A stretch of DNA of 64,000 nt from a virus (Duplodnaviria > Caudoviricetes), in IMG/VR virus record IMGVR_UViG_3300032116_022045; one strand, 5' to 3'. Each line of letters opens with the position of its first letter. Position 1 is the first letter of the stretch. Shown here piece by piece: positions 21,204 to 31,868 of the stretch. The notes beneath the pieces were generated by a model. It made no database searches. It had not been told where the DNA came from and was given only the letters and a program-made list of their open reading frames with translations. The translations under genes and the position numbers were made by a program.

Positions 21204-22976
21204 TTATCTAAACAACCATGAATAATCACCATGTGGGTCTTGAATCCCTCTAGAATTATATGGGTTAAATTTTGGTCTAGGGTGACTTGTTTTAACACCA
21301 TTTTGATTACTTACAAAACCATTTCTATTATCAGTTGTATTTGTGTTATTAGATGACCCACCAAGCCAAGCACTTAACATCGCTTTATTTTGTTTTTCCA
21401 ATCTTTCAAGATTTTTAAATGAATGTTCAGCAACCCATAATGCCATTGCAAGAGCCATTATACAATCATCATTATAACCATCCATATGGTCAGGTCTACC
21501 GTTTTTATATATAAATGTTTTAAGTTCTGATAATAACCTTGTTGACCTTATTTTAACAGCATTTGTTCTTATTTTATATTCTAAATTTGAAATCATTGGT
21601 AATCTAACAGACGTTGCATGAAAACCTGGTATCTTATTATCTTTTGAAAAATTTGCAACTTCTCTTTGTCTAGAAGATAATATTTTACCATTTTGCGTAT
21701 CATAGTGTAAATGTTTGTACCCAAATTCTAATAATTTAAGTACTGTTGAAACACCCATACCACCAGTTATATCTACAACAGTATATGCTTTATATTTTTC
21801 ACCATATTCCTCTATTATTTGAGCCAATAAATCTGGTTGTATTTTACCTTGATACTCCATTACTTGTTCCATTGTGGTAAAATCAATAATAACAATTGTT
21901 GATGAATCTTCTCCATCTCCACGACTAACATCGGACGACAAAATGTACTGATGACCTTCTTTTGGTTCTTCCCAAATCCAAATATTTTTTTCGGCACCTA
22001 AAGTCCATTTAGGGTCTTGCATATTATTTTTATATTGTGCTTCAATATATTGCTCTTCAATAACATTACCACCAGAACCTATAAATGATACATCTAATTC
22101 TTGAGCAATCATTCTAGCGTCATTATTCATCGCTAGACACATTTCTTCATACCATGGTGAAGTAGGTTTCCAACCTTCACTTATTCTTTTATTATATGAT
22201 TCAAAAGTAAATTCAACTTCTTTTTCAATTAATTCATCTTTAAACCATCTTAATTCTCTATTATATCTTAAATCTTCATACCATTTCATTTCAATGATAT
22301 TAAAATTATTTTTCTTTTGTTTTGCTAAATCATATGTTTTATAATATAATTCATCAAGACCTTTTGGTGTTGATATAAGAATTGCTTTACCACCGCTACC
22401 AAGGGCCGTAAGAGCCGCACCAAAGACTTCTGCACCATTATCTATATACGCAGCTTCATCCATTACAAGATACGTTGGTGTAAAGCCTCTTAATGCGTCT
22501 TTTGATGTTGCTACTGCTTTTATACGACTACCATTTGGTAATTTTATTTCTTTTTTAGAATCAGTTAAAAAAATTGTTTTTTCTTCATTCTTTTTATTAC
22601 CATAATATTCTGAACCCCAAACCCATCTTGGTAATTGATTAACAAAATCTTTAATTTTAGCTAAAAATTCAAACGCTAATTCTTGTTTATTGGCAATGAT
22701 TAGAATATTTTCAGGGTTTTCTTCATCTGCAAAACCTGCTTTTATTGATAGATAAGCAGCTGTTGTTGTTGACACCCCAGCTTGTCTTGGCTTTGTAACT
22801 AAATTATGTCTATGGTTTTCATAAGCATATATTATTTCCTTTTGTCTTGGAAACAATTTAAATGGTACATATCCTTCTTGAGTCTTATCAAAAGTTTCCA
22901 AATAAGTTTCAATAGCATATGTAGGATTAGTTAAACATAAAGCATATTCCTTTAATATTTCTTGTACTGTTAACAT
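21204..22976 (-). CDS. gp17: terminase large subunit (T4 gp17-like)
   Basis: KPRQAGVST; VMDEAAYI; LISTPKG; DVSRGDGEDSS; DDCIMALA. Confidence 0.93.
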   Translation of the reverse strand: MLTVQEILKEYALCLTNPTYAIETYLETFDKTQEGYVPFKLFPRQKEIIYAYENHRHNLVTKPRQAGVSTTTAAYLSIKAGFADEENPENILIIANKQELAFEFLAKIKDFVNQLPRWVWGSEYYGNKKNEEKTIFLTDSKKEIKLPNGSRIKAVATSKDALRGFTPTYLVMDEAAYIDNGAEVFGAALTALGSGGKAILISTPKGLDELYYKTYDLAKQKKNNFNIIEMKWYEDLRYNRELRWFKDELIEKEVEFTFESYNKRISEGWKPTSPWYEEMCLAMNNDARMIAQELDVSFIGSGGNVIEEQYIEAQYKNNMQDPKWTLGAEKNIWIWEEPKEGHQYILSSDVSRGDGEDSSTIVIIDFTTMEQVMEYQGKIQPDLLAQIIEEYGEKYKAYTVVDITGGMGVSTVLKLLEFGYKHLHYDTQNGKILSSRQREVANFSKDNKIPGFHATSVRLPMISNLEYKIRTNAVKIRSTRLLSELKTFIYKNGRPDHMDGYNDDCIMALAMALWVAEHSFKNLERLEKQNKAMLSAWLGGSSNNTNTTDNRNGFVSNQNGVKTSHPRPKFNPYNSRGIQDPHGDYSWLFR

Positions 22977-22986
22977 GTTTATATAA

Positions 22987-23370
22987 TTAAAATGTTGGGT
23001 AAGCAGTTAATTCATATCTACCGCTAGGCATTCTATAAATAGAAATAGCTATATTTCTGTTAAGTTCTTTACCTCTTTTATTCAATATTGGTTCACCATC
23101 TTTTAATAAAGATATTGTCGCACTTTTAGTTGTTTCATATGGAATACCACCAGTGCCAAAATGAGTAAACAATTCATCTTCATTTAATTCATAACCAAGT
23201 GCATTAGCCATATCTCTAACCGAATCTAATGCTTCAGACAATGTTTCATAATAATCATTATTACGTGTGTCAATTTTATTAAAGTTTTTCTTAAAACTTT
23301 CTATAATAATTCTTTCTTTTTCAGCTAAAATAGCCTTTCTTTCTGTTTCTGTTAATATTAGTTTTTTCAT
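22987..23370 (-). CDS. hypothetical protein with putative head-targeting N-terminus
   Basis: MKKLILTETERKAILAEKERIIIES. Confidence 0.65.
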   Translation of the reverse strand: MKKLILTETERKAILAEKERIIIESFKKNFNKIDTRNNDYYETLSEALDSVRDMANALGYELNEDELFTHFGTGGIPYETTKSATISLLKDGEPILNKRGKELNRNIAISIYRMPSGRYELTAYPTF

Positions 23371-23375
23371 AAAAA

Positions 23376-24545
23376 TTAATTATTTAAAAATAATTCTTCA
23401 TAAGAATAACCTAAAGATGAACTATTATTTTTGTTAGCTTCATTCATAGCTTCATTAAAATCATCTTCTTGTAATTCTGTTTTTATTTTTTTAGATAACT
23501 CTTCAATTATCTTTTTACCTTTTTTTGTATGTGCCATTATTTCACGCATATTAGAATTAAATTCTTCTGTTGGCATACAAACCAAATCAGTATATATTTG
23601 GTGTTTTAAATTAAAATCTTCTGGTTTAATAAGTTTTGTAAATCTATTCCATATAGCTGGTCCTAACCTAATATCCCATGGTTCAGCAGCAGTAAAATCT
23701 GCTTTATTAATAACATACTCACCAAGTTTTTTATCTTTAGGTAATCCATGTGCAGAGATTAATTCCATAACACCTTTAACAAGTTCATGTATTAAAACTG
23801 GGAAAACCATTCCTTGTGCATATATAACAGCTTTTGGGTTTTTTTTGGTTGGAAATTGAACTCTAACAACACCACTATTTATTGTGTTATCCATTTCAGG
23901 TACCACAAAATAAGTATAATCTGATGCTGACATTAATTTATTATATTTATTTGGTAATCTTGGGTCTAAATCAGATATATCATCATCAGCCATATGATAC
24001 ATATGATTACATTTTCTTGATGCACCTTCAACCATTGAATTTATAAATCTTCTTTTATAAACTTCTTTTTTTGCTTTTGCCATATCATCATGACTTTCAA
24101 ACTCTAATTGAACAGCCACAGGTTTTTTATTTTTTTTAGGTGCTTCTAATGTGATATTTGGTGTTAATTTAGCGTGTATTTCTACCACATTACTATCCAT
24201 ATTAAATTCTTCTCTAATCATTTTCTCAGCTAATTTCTCAAGAGATTTTCTATGTTTAGATTCTAATTTCATAGTTTCAGTTAATAATGGTGTAATACTT
24301 GACATAATTAACTTATCATCAATTTCTGTCATATCATGTGCTTTTTTACATCTATTAACAACTTCTTTAAAGCGTTCACCAATTATTTTTTCCTCAAATA
24401 ATGATTCATCAGTTTCTGGAAAAATTTCATTTAACCCTAATGAATGTTTTCTGCCAACCAATTCTTCTTCAAGTTTTGGATGCATTCTTTCTTTTAAACT
24501 TTCAGGATAAACAACATTTTCATTTAATATTCTTTTATTCATCAT
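23376..24545 (-). CDS. hypothetical late protein
   Basis: 389-aa ORF; PVLIHELVKG motif. Confidence 0.7.
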   Translation of the reverse strand: MMNKRILNENVVYPESLKERMHPKLEEELVGRKHSLGLNEIFPETDESLFEEKIIGERFKEVVNRCKKAHDMTEIDDKLIMSSITPLLTETMKLESKHRKSLEKLAEKMIREEFNMDSNVVEIHAKLTPNITLEAPKKNKKPVAVQLEFESHDDMAKAKKEVYKRRFINSMVEGASRKCNHMYHMADDDISDLDPRLPNKYNKLMSASDYTYFVVPEMDNTINSGVVRVQFPTKKNPKAVIYAQGMVFPVLIHELVKGVMELISAHGLPKDKKLGEYVINKADFTAAEPWDIRLGPAIWNRFTKLIKPEDFNLKHQIYTDLVCMPTEEFNSNMREIMAHTKKGKKIIEELSKKIKTELQEDDFNEAMNEANKNNSSSLGYSYEELFLNN

Positions 24546-25176
24546 TTAAATCTTTAACTTTAATTATTTTATTTTCTTTTTTAGGTTTTTGACCAAATAA
24601 TCTTTCGTAAACATATTTTTTAAATTCACTAAGACCCATATATTTTTCATTTTCTTTCATATTAGCTTTAGCTAATTCTTCAACAGTTCTAAATTTTCTT
24701 ATTTTACCATTTTCATTTACAATGAAATGTTTAAATTCATTTAGATTTAATGAATCAGAACCAGTTTGTTTTTCTTCTTGTTTAATTAATTCACCTTCAA
24801 TTAAGTCTTTGGCTGGTTTAGCGACATTTTCTTCAAAATATTGTACTGGGTATATTTTATTATCACCAGAGTCATCATACTCATCATGACAATAGACACC
24901 CATAACAACTTCTTGATTAGGTGTTACACCTCTAACCATTTGATATTGTTTACCAGATATGTTAAATGGTTTAGATATCTCACCAGTACGACTGTCAATG
25001 ACATTCGATAAATATTTAATAGTTTCTGGGTCTTTAGGTTCTATTACAGCATCAACTTCATTAATTTTATCAGTAACTACAATATTTACATTATGGTTAT
25101 CACCAATATCTTGTATGGTCTTTTTTAAACCATCTGACGTTGTTATAACTGTAGGTTTTTTTTCATTATTCTCCAT
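24535..25176 (-). CDS. hypothetical protein
   Basis: Overlap-coupled ORF in operon. Confidence 0.7.
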   Translation of the reverse strand: MENNEKKPTVITTSDGLKKTIQDIGDNHNVNIVVTDKINEVDAVIEPKDPETIKYLSNVIDSRTGEISKPFNISGKQYQMVRGVTPNQEVVMGVYCHDEYDDSGDNKIYPVQYFEENVAKPAKDLIEGELIKQEEKQTGSDSLNLNEFKHFIVNENGKIRKFRTVEELAKANMKENEKYMGLSEFKKYVYERLFGQKPKKENKIIKVKDLNDE

Positions 25177-25573
25177 GGTATTGCTTTTTATAATTAAGTA
25201 TTAGGTCTTTTTCATAAAGTTTATTTTCAACATCAATATTTTTTTCACCAAAACTAAATGATAGTCTTTTATCTGGATATGACTCATAAGCATTTATATT
25301 TTCCCATGCCATTGCGATTACACCATCAACAGCATCCCATATAGCAAATGTATCACTATCTTGTATTAAATCAAGTTTAAGTTCTGATTCAAGTTTACCC
25401 ACTTTTTTTATTAAATTTTCATGTGGTGGTTCTGGTCTACCAGATGCTGGATACATATCCCAATCTGGACCATCAATATTATCTAATGAATCAGAAAATA
25501 AAAATTCATAAAGGTATTGACCTTTATAATTTTTACCGACTTTATTAATATAAATCAAATATAAATTTTCCAT
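25166..25573 (-). CDS. hypothetical protein
   Basis: Overlap-coupled ORF in operon. Confidence 0.7.
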   Translation of the reverse strand: MENLYLIYINKVGKNYKGQYLYEFLFSDSLDNIDGPDWDMYPASGRPEPPHENLIKKVGKLESELKLDLIQDSDTFAIWDAVDGVIAMAWENINAYESYPDKRLSFSFGEKNIDVENKLYEKDLILNYKKQYHGE

Positions 25574-28512
25574 TATTCAATATCTGCCATTGGTAAAAAA
25601 GGTTTATTTTCTCTTTTAATATTTAATGGTTTTTCAATATTATGTTTTTTACTTTTTTTATCTTTAGAATCCTTATCGTTAGTTTGTTTTGGTCTTTCAT
25701 CATCGTCATCATCACCAAAGGTTTCATTTAATTGTCTTTGAATATAATGTTTATCAAAACCATGCATATCTATTTTATTTTTTAAGAAATGATATACTTC
25801 TTCGATGTCATCTTTTGATGTTGCGATATGGTCTAATGCCCAACCATGACCATCTGATAAGACATTATCAACATTTTCAAAATCCATACCTTTCATTTCT
25901 GAAACTGCATTATAGATAGTTTTTAAATTTTGCCAAAACATATAATTATTTGACATTTCATCTTTATTTGACATAATTTCTTCTAATTTTTGTTTAAAAT
26001 TTTCCATATTTTCTTTAATACTTTTTTTACCCCATGATTTACCTTTACCTTTTGTTTTACATGCACTAGGATATGGTCTACATGCTGGATATTTAGCTCT
26101 TTTTTCACCTTCTTCTCTACCACAAGGTTTACATTTTAATCTACCAGTTTCTTTATTTTTTCTACATGTATTACAATCAACCCAGCCTTGTGAACCTTCA
26201 CCACCTTTTCTAGAAAACCAACCATGAAGACCTTGTGATTTCTCTTTTGAGAAGTTAGTTTTTTTAGATTCATCTACTTTAATCTTATTTGTTTTGATAT
26301 AATCATCAATCCATGCTTGTAATTCATGTACATCTGGTGCGTATTCTTTACCCTTTTTTCTTGTAATCGAATCATGAGCTTTTTTAATCATTTCTCGACT
26401 CAACTTTTCTCTATCTATCTCTTTAGTTTTATTAATAGTTTTTTTACCTTCAGTAAATAATCTAGGCATTGTTAAGTATTTAATTATATTTTTATAATAA
26501 ATATTAACATTACTACGCTTATCTTTAATTAATTCACCGTTATCGTTTTTTGGTGTTAGATAACCATTAACATAACCAGTTTCAAAATTAAACTTTTTCA
26601 TTTCAAATTTAACTAATTTAGATGACAAAACATCGTTTCTATAAGATTCACTTTTATCTTCAAACTTATCTTTTAAACTATTTATTGTTTCTAGCATATC
26701 TAAATTAAAATCAACATCATTATTAGCAAAATAAATTTCTAAAAGGTTAATCGCTTCAAAATGTTTAGCGATTTGAATTATTTTTTCTATTTCATCTAAG
26801 TCTTTAATGTCAACTTGTTTCATAATATCATCTATGTTATCTTCATTAAAACCACCAATATGATGTATAAACATAATTGCATCATAGTTTTCATCATCAT
26901 ATCTATTTTCTAAACTTGCTTCAAGACCATACAAAAAATCACGTCTAAAATCTTTAGCCATATCTGGATAATCAATGTAATTTAAAGCCATAGAAACTGT
27001 ATAATAACCATCTGAATTTCCATCACCTTCAAAAGCAGCTCTTACTAAGCTTTCTTTCTGTTCATCTGTAAATTTATTACTATAAAAATTTTCAAAAGTT
27101 TCAGTATCACCATTTTCTAATGATGCTTCACAGATATTAAAATCAAGGTCGTTACCATAAATTTTATTAAAAAATTCATAAACATCATCATTTTCATTCA
27201 TAAATTCACCAAGTCTTATTGGATAATCTTTAGCGTCCATAAATTGAGAATCCTCAAAATGAAATTGATATTTTTCAGAAGGGTCTTGTTTATTTATTAA
27301 TATGTATAAAGACCCTCTATTATTATAACGGTCAAACATGTTATTATAACCAGTTGCTGCTGTACACCATTTTGTACCTTTACCATAATAACAAGAAGCT
27401 TCTTCTGTTTTTGGAACAATAATTGTCCAGTTAGTTAAATTATATTTATCAACGTCTTTTTTAATTTCTTTTTCTATATCTGTTTTTGATTTTAACTCTT
27501 CACTATCTGATTTTGATTCTAAATCAAAAATAAAATCTAATAAAGTTTTTATATTAAATTTATTAATATCTTTTTTATCAGTAGGTAATAGATTTTTAAT
27601 CTTACTAGTATTAAAAAATTCTAAATCGTTTTTTATTTTATATAAATCTTCATCTTTAGCTTTTTTCAATAATTCAACATTATCTTTTCTGAATAACCAT
27701 CTAGTATATTCACCTAATTTATTTTTATCTTTATTATATGTTGGGTCTAAATCAATTATTTTATTAAATTTTTCTTTATCTGATTTTTCATCATCTTTAT
27801 TAAATAAGTTTTTATAGAATTTATTATAAGCTTCTTCAGAACTTATTTCATTTATTATGTTCATATTTTCTTCCATTATTTTTTTAATAAATTTTTTTTG
27901 CCTTAATTTAATTGTATCTAATGATTCTTTAATCTTTTTTCTACCTTGACAATGTGCTTTTTGGCTAAACCCTTTTGGGTTACTACAATCAATACTCTTT
28001 TTGTATTTCTCTGACCATTTCTCATTAATTTGGTCATCAATATTTTCATCAGTTTTATTTCCCCAATTAGCAGCACCAACTTTACGACATTTTACGAGGG
28101 CACCTGAACCGTAGGCACTTGGCCAGACAGAATATCTACTTTTTACTTTATAATAACAAGCATCTCTTTTTGTTTTTTTCTTTTTCTTTTTACCCTCTTG
28201 AATAATTTCAAATATAGCATATTCACCATCTTCAAAATCAGTTTCAATAACTTCAACCATTAAATCACCAGAACCTTTAATTACCCTATGAAATGTGTTT
28301 TTAGGTATAAAAATTTCTTCATTAACATTAAGTTTTTTTGGCAATTCATTATCAAATTGAATCATCCAATCATTGTTTTCTAAAACAATAACAACTCTAT
28401 CTTTTTTATCTCTATGCCAAGATAATTCATTTTCATTAACGTCTTTTGAAAATGAACGTCTAATTATATTATTATTTATAGTTTCCTTATAAGGTTTCAT
28501 ATTATTTTTCAT
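25573..28512 (-). CDS. large modular late protein (cupin-like N-terminus plus several Cys/basic modules); possible polyprotein
   Basis: The ORF-track start at 28560 lies inside the upstream gene, so ATG 28512 or 28500 is more likely. Modules include WHRD...PKNTFHRV (cupin-like), DACYYKVKSRYSVWPSAYGSGALVKCRK and ASCYYGKGTKWCT. Confidence 0.75.
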   Translation of the reverse strand: MKNNMKPYKETINNNIIRRSFSKDVNENELSWHRDKKDRVVIVLENNDWMIQFDNELPKKLNVNEEIFIPKNTFHRVIKGSGDLMVEVIETDFEDGEYAIFEIIQEGKKKKKKTKRDACYYKVKSRYSVWPSAYGSGALVKCRKVGAANWGNKTDENIDDQINEKWSEKYKKSIDCSNPKGFSQKAHCQGRKKIKESLDTIKLRQKKFIKKIMEENMNIINEISSEEAYNKFYKNLFNKDDEKSDKEKFNKIIDLDPTYNKDKNKLGEYTRWLFRKDNVELLKKAKDEDLYKIKNDLEFFNTSKIKNLLPTDKKDINKFNIKTLLDFIFDLESKSDSEELKSKTDIEKEIKKDVDKYNLTNWTIIVPKTEEASCYYGKGTKWCTAATGYNNMFDRYNNRGSLYILINKQDPSEKYQFHFEDSQFMDAKDYPIRLGEFMNENDDVYEFFNKIYGNDLDFNICEASLENGDTETFENFYSNKFTDEQKESLVRAAFEGDGNSDGYYTVSMALNYIDYPDMAKDFRRDFLYGLEASLENRYDDENYDAIMFIHHIGGFNEDNIDDIMKQVDIKDLDEIEKIIQIAKHFEAINLLEIYFANNDVDFNLDMLETINSLKDKFEDKSESYRNDVLSSKLVKFEMKKFNFETGYVNGYLTPKNDNGELIKDKRSNVNIYYKNIIKYLTMPRLFTEGKKTINKTKEIDREKLSREMIKKAHDSITRKKGKEYAPDVHELQAWIDDYIKTNKIKVDESKKTNFSKEKSQGLHGWFSRKGGEGSQGWVDCNTCRKNKETGRLKCKPCGREEGEKRAKYPACRPYPSACKTKGKGKSWGKKSIKENMENFKQKLEEIMSNKDEMSNNYMFWQNLKTIYNAVSEMKGMDFENVDNVLSDGHGWALDHIATSKDDIEEVYHFLKNKIDMHGFDKHYIQRQLNETFGDDDDDERPKQTNDKDSKDKKSKKHNIEKPLNIKRENKPFLPMADIE

Positions 28513-28954
28513 TTTTTTCTTGCCATTTATATGAGATTGAATCATCTTCGATAGGACCACCTTTGGCCCATGTTCTACAACTTCTAGCTGAATGACATTT
28601 AAAATGATGCATCCAACAATAACCTAATCTACCATCTTCATCAGATACTGGACCTGGCATACAATCATCCATTCTTTTAGAGATATCAAAAGCAACACAA
28701 TTACCACATCTAGATTCCATAGCAGCTTCAACACTAGTATCCCAATGGTCAGCTATATTTTCCCAAAAATCAGCTGGTTCATCAACATTTAACGGACCAT
28801 ATTTAATGTGTGGTTCATTTATTGCAGCATCTCTATTTTTAGTGTTTAATTCTAAATCTTGTGTTGCTTTTGGACAATCCATTTCTGGTTTACCTAAAAC
28901 TTGTCTGTTTTTTCTTTCAATTAATATTTTTTTGTTTTTTTCTATTCTTCCCAT
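28502..28954 (-). CDS. Cys/His-rich putative metal-binding protein
   Basis: CGNCVAFD...GYCWMHHFKCHSARSC. Confidence 0.7.
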   Translation of the reverse strand: MGRIEKNKKILIERKNRQVLGKPEMDCPKATQDLELNTKNRDAAINEPHIKYGPLNVDEPADFWENIADHWDTSVEAAMESRCGNCVAFDISKRMDDCMPGPVSDEDGRLGYCWMHHFKCHSARSCRTWAKGGPIEDDSISYKWQEKNEK

Positions 28955-28975
28955 AATTAATCTTTTTAATAAGTA

Positions 28976-30334
28976 TTACCAGTTTAATCTATCATTTAAT
29001 ATTTCATTAAAATTATCATTATCTATGTTACCATCAAAACCATATCTAGGGTAATTAAAATCAATTTTACCGTATTTTTCTGAGTAACCAGTAATAAATG
29101 ATGATGTGTCCATACCATATAATAAAATTGGTTCAGGACAAGTTATCTTTAATTTTATCTTATCACCATACTCAACATTTGTACCACCAAAATGATTAAT
29201 TATATGTTTTGTTATTTGGTCGTAAGCTTCTTTTTCATCAGCTTGACGTTTAGCGTCAGATAACGCACCATCTATTTCACCAATAAATTCATCAAGTATA
29301 GCTTCTTCAAGTTCATCATCATCCATTTCATTTAAATCATAACCATTTTCTTTAAGTTTTTCCTTAATTAAAGACATATTTTTGTCATTAATATCATCTA
29401 AATAATATAACTTGATATCACTTCTACTATAATCATAATCAGTATAATTATCATCTAAATCTCTTAAAAACATTGCTGGATTAATGTAGTTTCTATCTTC
29501 TTCAAAAGCGTCTTCAAAATCACCCCAATCATTAACAACAATGTAACAAGAATCGTTAGCAACTTCTAAATCACTAAATTTAAGTGATTTAACTCTATCT
29601 TTTAAAAAATTATTATAAAAATTTCTTAAACCAGCGTTTTGTTTATTATCGATAAATTCAAATAATTCTATTTCATTATCATCAATATCCATAAATTGAC
29701 TTGTTTCAAAATGAAACTGATATCTATCTTCATAATCACTTTTATTTATATTAATAAATAAAGGACCTGTTTTATCATAATAATCAAATCTATTTGTTTT
29801 AGATTTATGTCTATCATCAAAAGATTTTTCACCCCATGTTGTGCACCATTCAGTACCTCTACCATAATAACATGAGGCATATTCTGTTTCTGGTATAATA
29901 ACACACCATTTTTCATCCTCATATACTTTTTTAGCACCATCAATAACAGAACACAAATCAACTTGTTTACCTGATTCATAACTAGAATAATCTAATTTGT
30001 TTTTTACGATATTACCGAGTTCACCAAGAGTTTTAAATTTGTCGTAATCTATGTTTTTAAATTCAGATTGTTTAAATTTATCAAATGTTTGTATGTATTC
30101 TGTTGCTCTTTCTAAGTCTTCTAGTTTTAATTGTTTATTCTTATAAATTTTTAATAACCACTTAGCATAAGGACTTAAAAATTTTGGTTTTGAAAATGGG
30201 TCAGCATTAATAATTAAGTCATATTCCTCTTTTGGAATGTCTTTATAAAACTTAATATAAGCGTCATCGACAGTTATTTCTATCAATAAAGACTTAAGTT
30301 TTTTTAATTGTGTTTCCGTTATTTTTATTTTCAT
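28976..30334 (-). CDS. paralog of the central module of the 25573 protein, with head-targeting-like N-terminus
   Basis: ASCYYGRGTEWCT...RYQFHFETSQFMD versus ASCYYGKGTKWCT...KYQFHFEDSQFMD; MKIKITETQLKKLKSLLIE. Confidence 0.75.
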   Translation of the reverse strand: MKIKITETQLKKLKSLLIEITVDDAYIKFYKDIPKEEYDLIINADPFSKPKFLSPYAKWLLKIYKNKQLKLEDLERATEYIQTFDKFKQSEFKNIDYDKFKTLGELGNIVKNKLDYSSYESGKQVDLCSVIDGAKKVYEDEKWCVIIPETEYASCYYGRGTEWCTTWGEKSFDDRHKSKTNRFDYYDKTGPLFININKSDYEDRYQFHFETSQFMDIDDNEIELFEFIDNKQNAGLRNFYNNFLKDRVKSLKFSDLEVANDSCYIVVNDWGDFEDAFEEDRNYINPAMFLRDLDDNYTDYDYSRSDIKLYYLDDINDKNMSLIKEKLKENGYDLNEMDDDELEEAILDEFIGEIDGALSDAKRQADEKEAYDQITKHIINHFGGTNVEYGDKIKLKITCPEPILLYGMDTSSFITGYSEKYGKIDFNYPRYGFDGNIDNDNFNEILNDRLNW

Positions 30335-30366
30335 TTTTTTATCTAATTAATAAATATTGTTTTGTA

Positions 30367-31797
30367 TCACCAAAAAGTACCGCCCCCACTCAAACCAAGC
30401 AATTTAGAATATCTTGGAAGTCGGCAGCTCCAGTAACCTGGTGTTGTCTTATCATTTTTACTTTTACAATTATGTCTATCAGCAAATCTTTTTCTAGCTT
30501 TTGGGTCTCTTAATTTAACAGCTAAATTACCACCACCAGATTTAGCACCAAAAGATACTTTTTTAATATTACCTGATTTTGGGTCTTTAACATAAACATA
30601 GAATTTTTTAGAACCACCTCTTTTTGGTTTGTTTAATTGTACCTTTTTACCTTTATATTCAGCTTCCTTTAATGATTCTTTATTAACTTCTTCAAATATA
30701 AAATTCATTTTTAATTTCTGGTTATTGTATTCGACATACATATTATCAAAATCATTTATAATAAAAGAATCGTTTTCATTTAAAGCAAGTAAATTATTTT
30801 TATATAATTTTTTTACTTCAGTCATTAAATTCATGAATTTTTCTGAACCATATCTAAATACTGATTCACCTAATGCAATACCATTATCTAAATGATATTG
30901 TAATTCAGGTGATACTTGAACATTTTTTGTTAATTGCATTGGTTTTGACCATTCACTATAATCATCATTAATATTACTATCTAAAAAATGATATACTTCT
31001 TCAACATCATCAGCAGAAGTTGCGATATGGTCTAATGCCCAACCATGACCATCTGATAAAATAGAATCAACTTTATCACAGTCCATAGATAATATTTCTT
31101 CTACAGCGTCACATATTGTTTTTAAGTTAGCCCAAAACATATAGTTATTAGTCTCAATTTCATCGTCATGGTTAACGTTTTGATAATCGTTTGATGGATT
31201 ATATTCATTACTACCTTTTGGTGCGAATATGCTTAGCTTTTTGGGGTTAGATAATAAAAAGTTTTCACTAGATTCATCCACAGTTTCTTCATCACCTTTA
31301 TTATCAACATTTTCATCAGAATCAATATTGCTGTTATCATCAATATTATCATTGCCATCATCGCTAGTATTAGACTGATTAGTGTTTTCATCATTTTTTC
31401 CAGATTTTTTTACTTTTTTAATTATATCTTTTTGGTCATCAGCATCCATTTCACCAGTATGTGTTGCTGACAATAATGAATTAATAGCAAATTTTTCTAA
31501 TTCAAAATCTGGTTGACCTTGTTCATCTGTGTATTGTCTAAGTGATTGACCTAATTTACCAGTTAATTGTTGTATAAATTTCTTTGGGTCTTCTTCTTCA
31601 TCAGCTTCAACACCAGCGTCAAATGGTTCTTTTTCAAAAGGCATTTCACCAGAATCAGCATCTGTAGGTTCTGTTGTATTATCTACTGCTTGATTGTCCA
31701 CTGGTTGATTATCCATTGGTTCGTCCATTGGTTGTTCCATTGGTTCATCAGCAGGGATATCAGTAGGTTCACCCATTGGCTGTTCCATTGGTGCCAT
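30367..31797 (-). CDS. modular late protein, probably the C-terminal part of a -1 frameshift fusion with 31869-32771
   Basis: The frame is open upstream to the A10 run; the annotated ATG lacks the AT-rich leader; C-terminal KFYVYVKDP...FADRHNC...YWSC module. Confidence 0.7.
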   Translation of the reverse strand: MAPMEQPMGEPTDIPADEPMEQPMDEPMDNQPVDNQAVDNTTEPTDADSGEMPFEKEPFDAGVEADEEEDPKKFIQQLTGKLGQSLRQYTDEQGQPDFELEKFAINSLLSATHTGEMDADDQKDIIKKVKKSGKNDENTNQSNTSDDGNDNIDDNSNIDSDENVDNKGDEETVDESSENFLLSNPKKLSIFAPKGSNEYNPSNDYQNVNHDDEIETNNYMFWANLKTICDAVEEILSMDCDKVDSILSDGHGWALDHIATSADDVEEVYHFLDSNINDDYSEWSKPMQLTKNVQVSPELQYHLDNGIALGESVFRYGSEKFMNLMTEVKKLYKNNLLALNENDSFIINDFDNMYVEYNNQKLKMNFIFEEVNKESLKEAEYKGKKVQLNKPKRGGSKKFYVYVKDPKSGNIKKVSFGAKSGGGNLAVKLRDPKARKRFADRHNCKSKNDKTTPGYWSCRLPRYSKLLGLSGGGTFW

Positions 31798-31868
31798 AGG
31801 TGCTGGTTGTGCTGGTTTAGGTGAAGATATCTTTAATTTATATTTAACTTCTTCAGTTAACTTATCAA

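Noticed and set aside
28502-28560. Frameshift fusion of the Cys-rich ORF with the 995-aa ORF
   Set aside because: The -1 frame hits TGA at once, and ordinary ATGs at 28512 and 28500 explain the overlap
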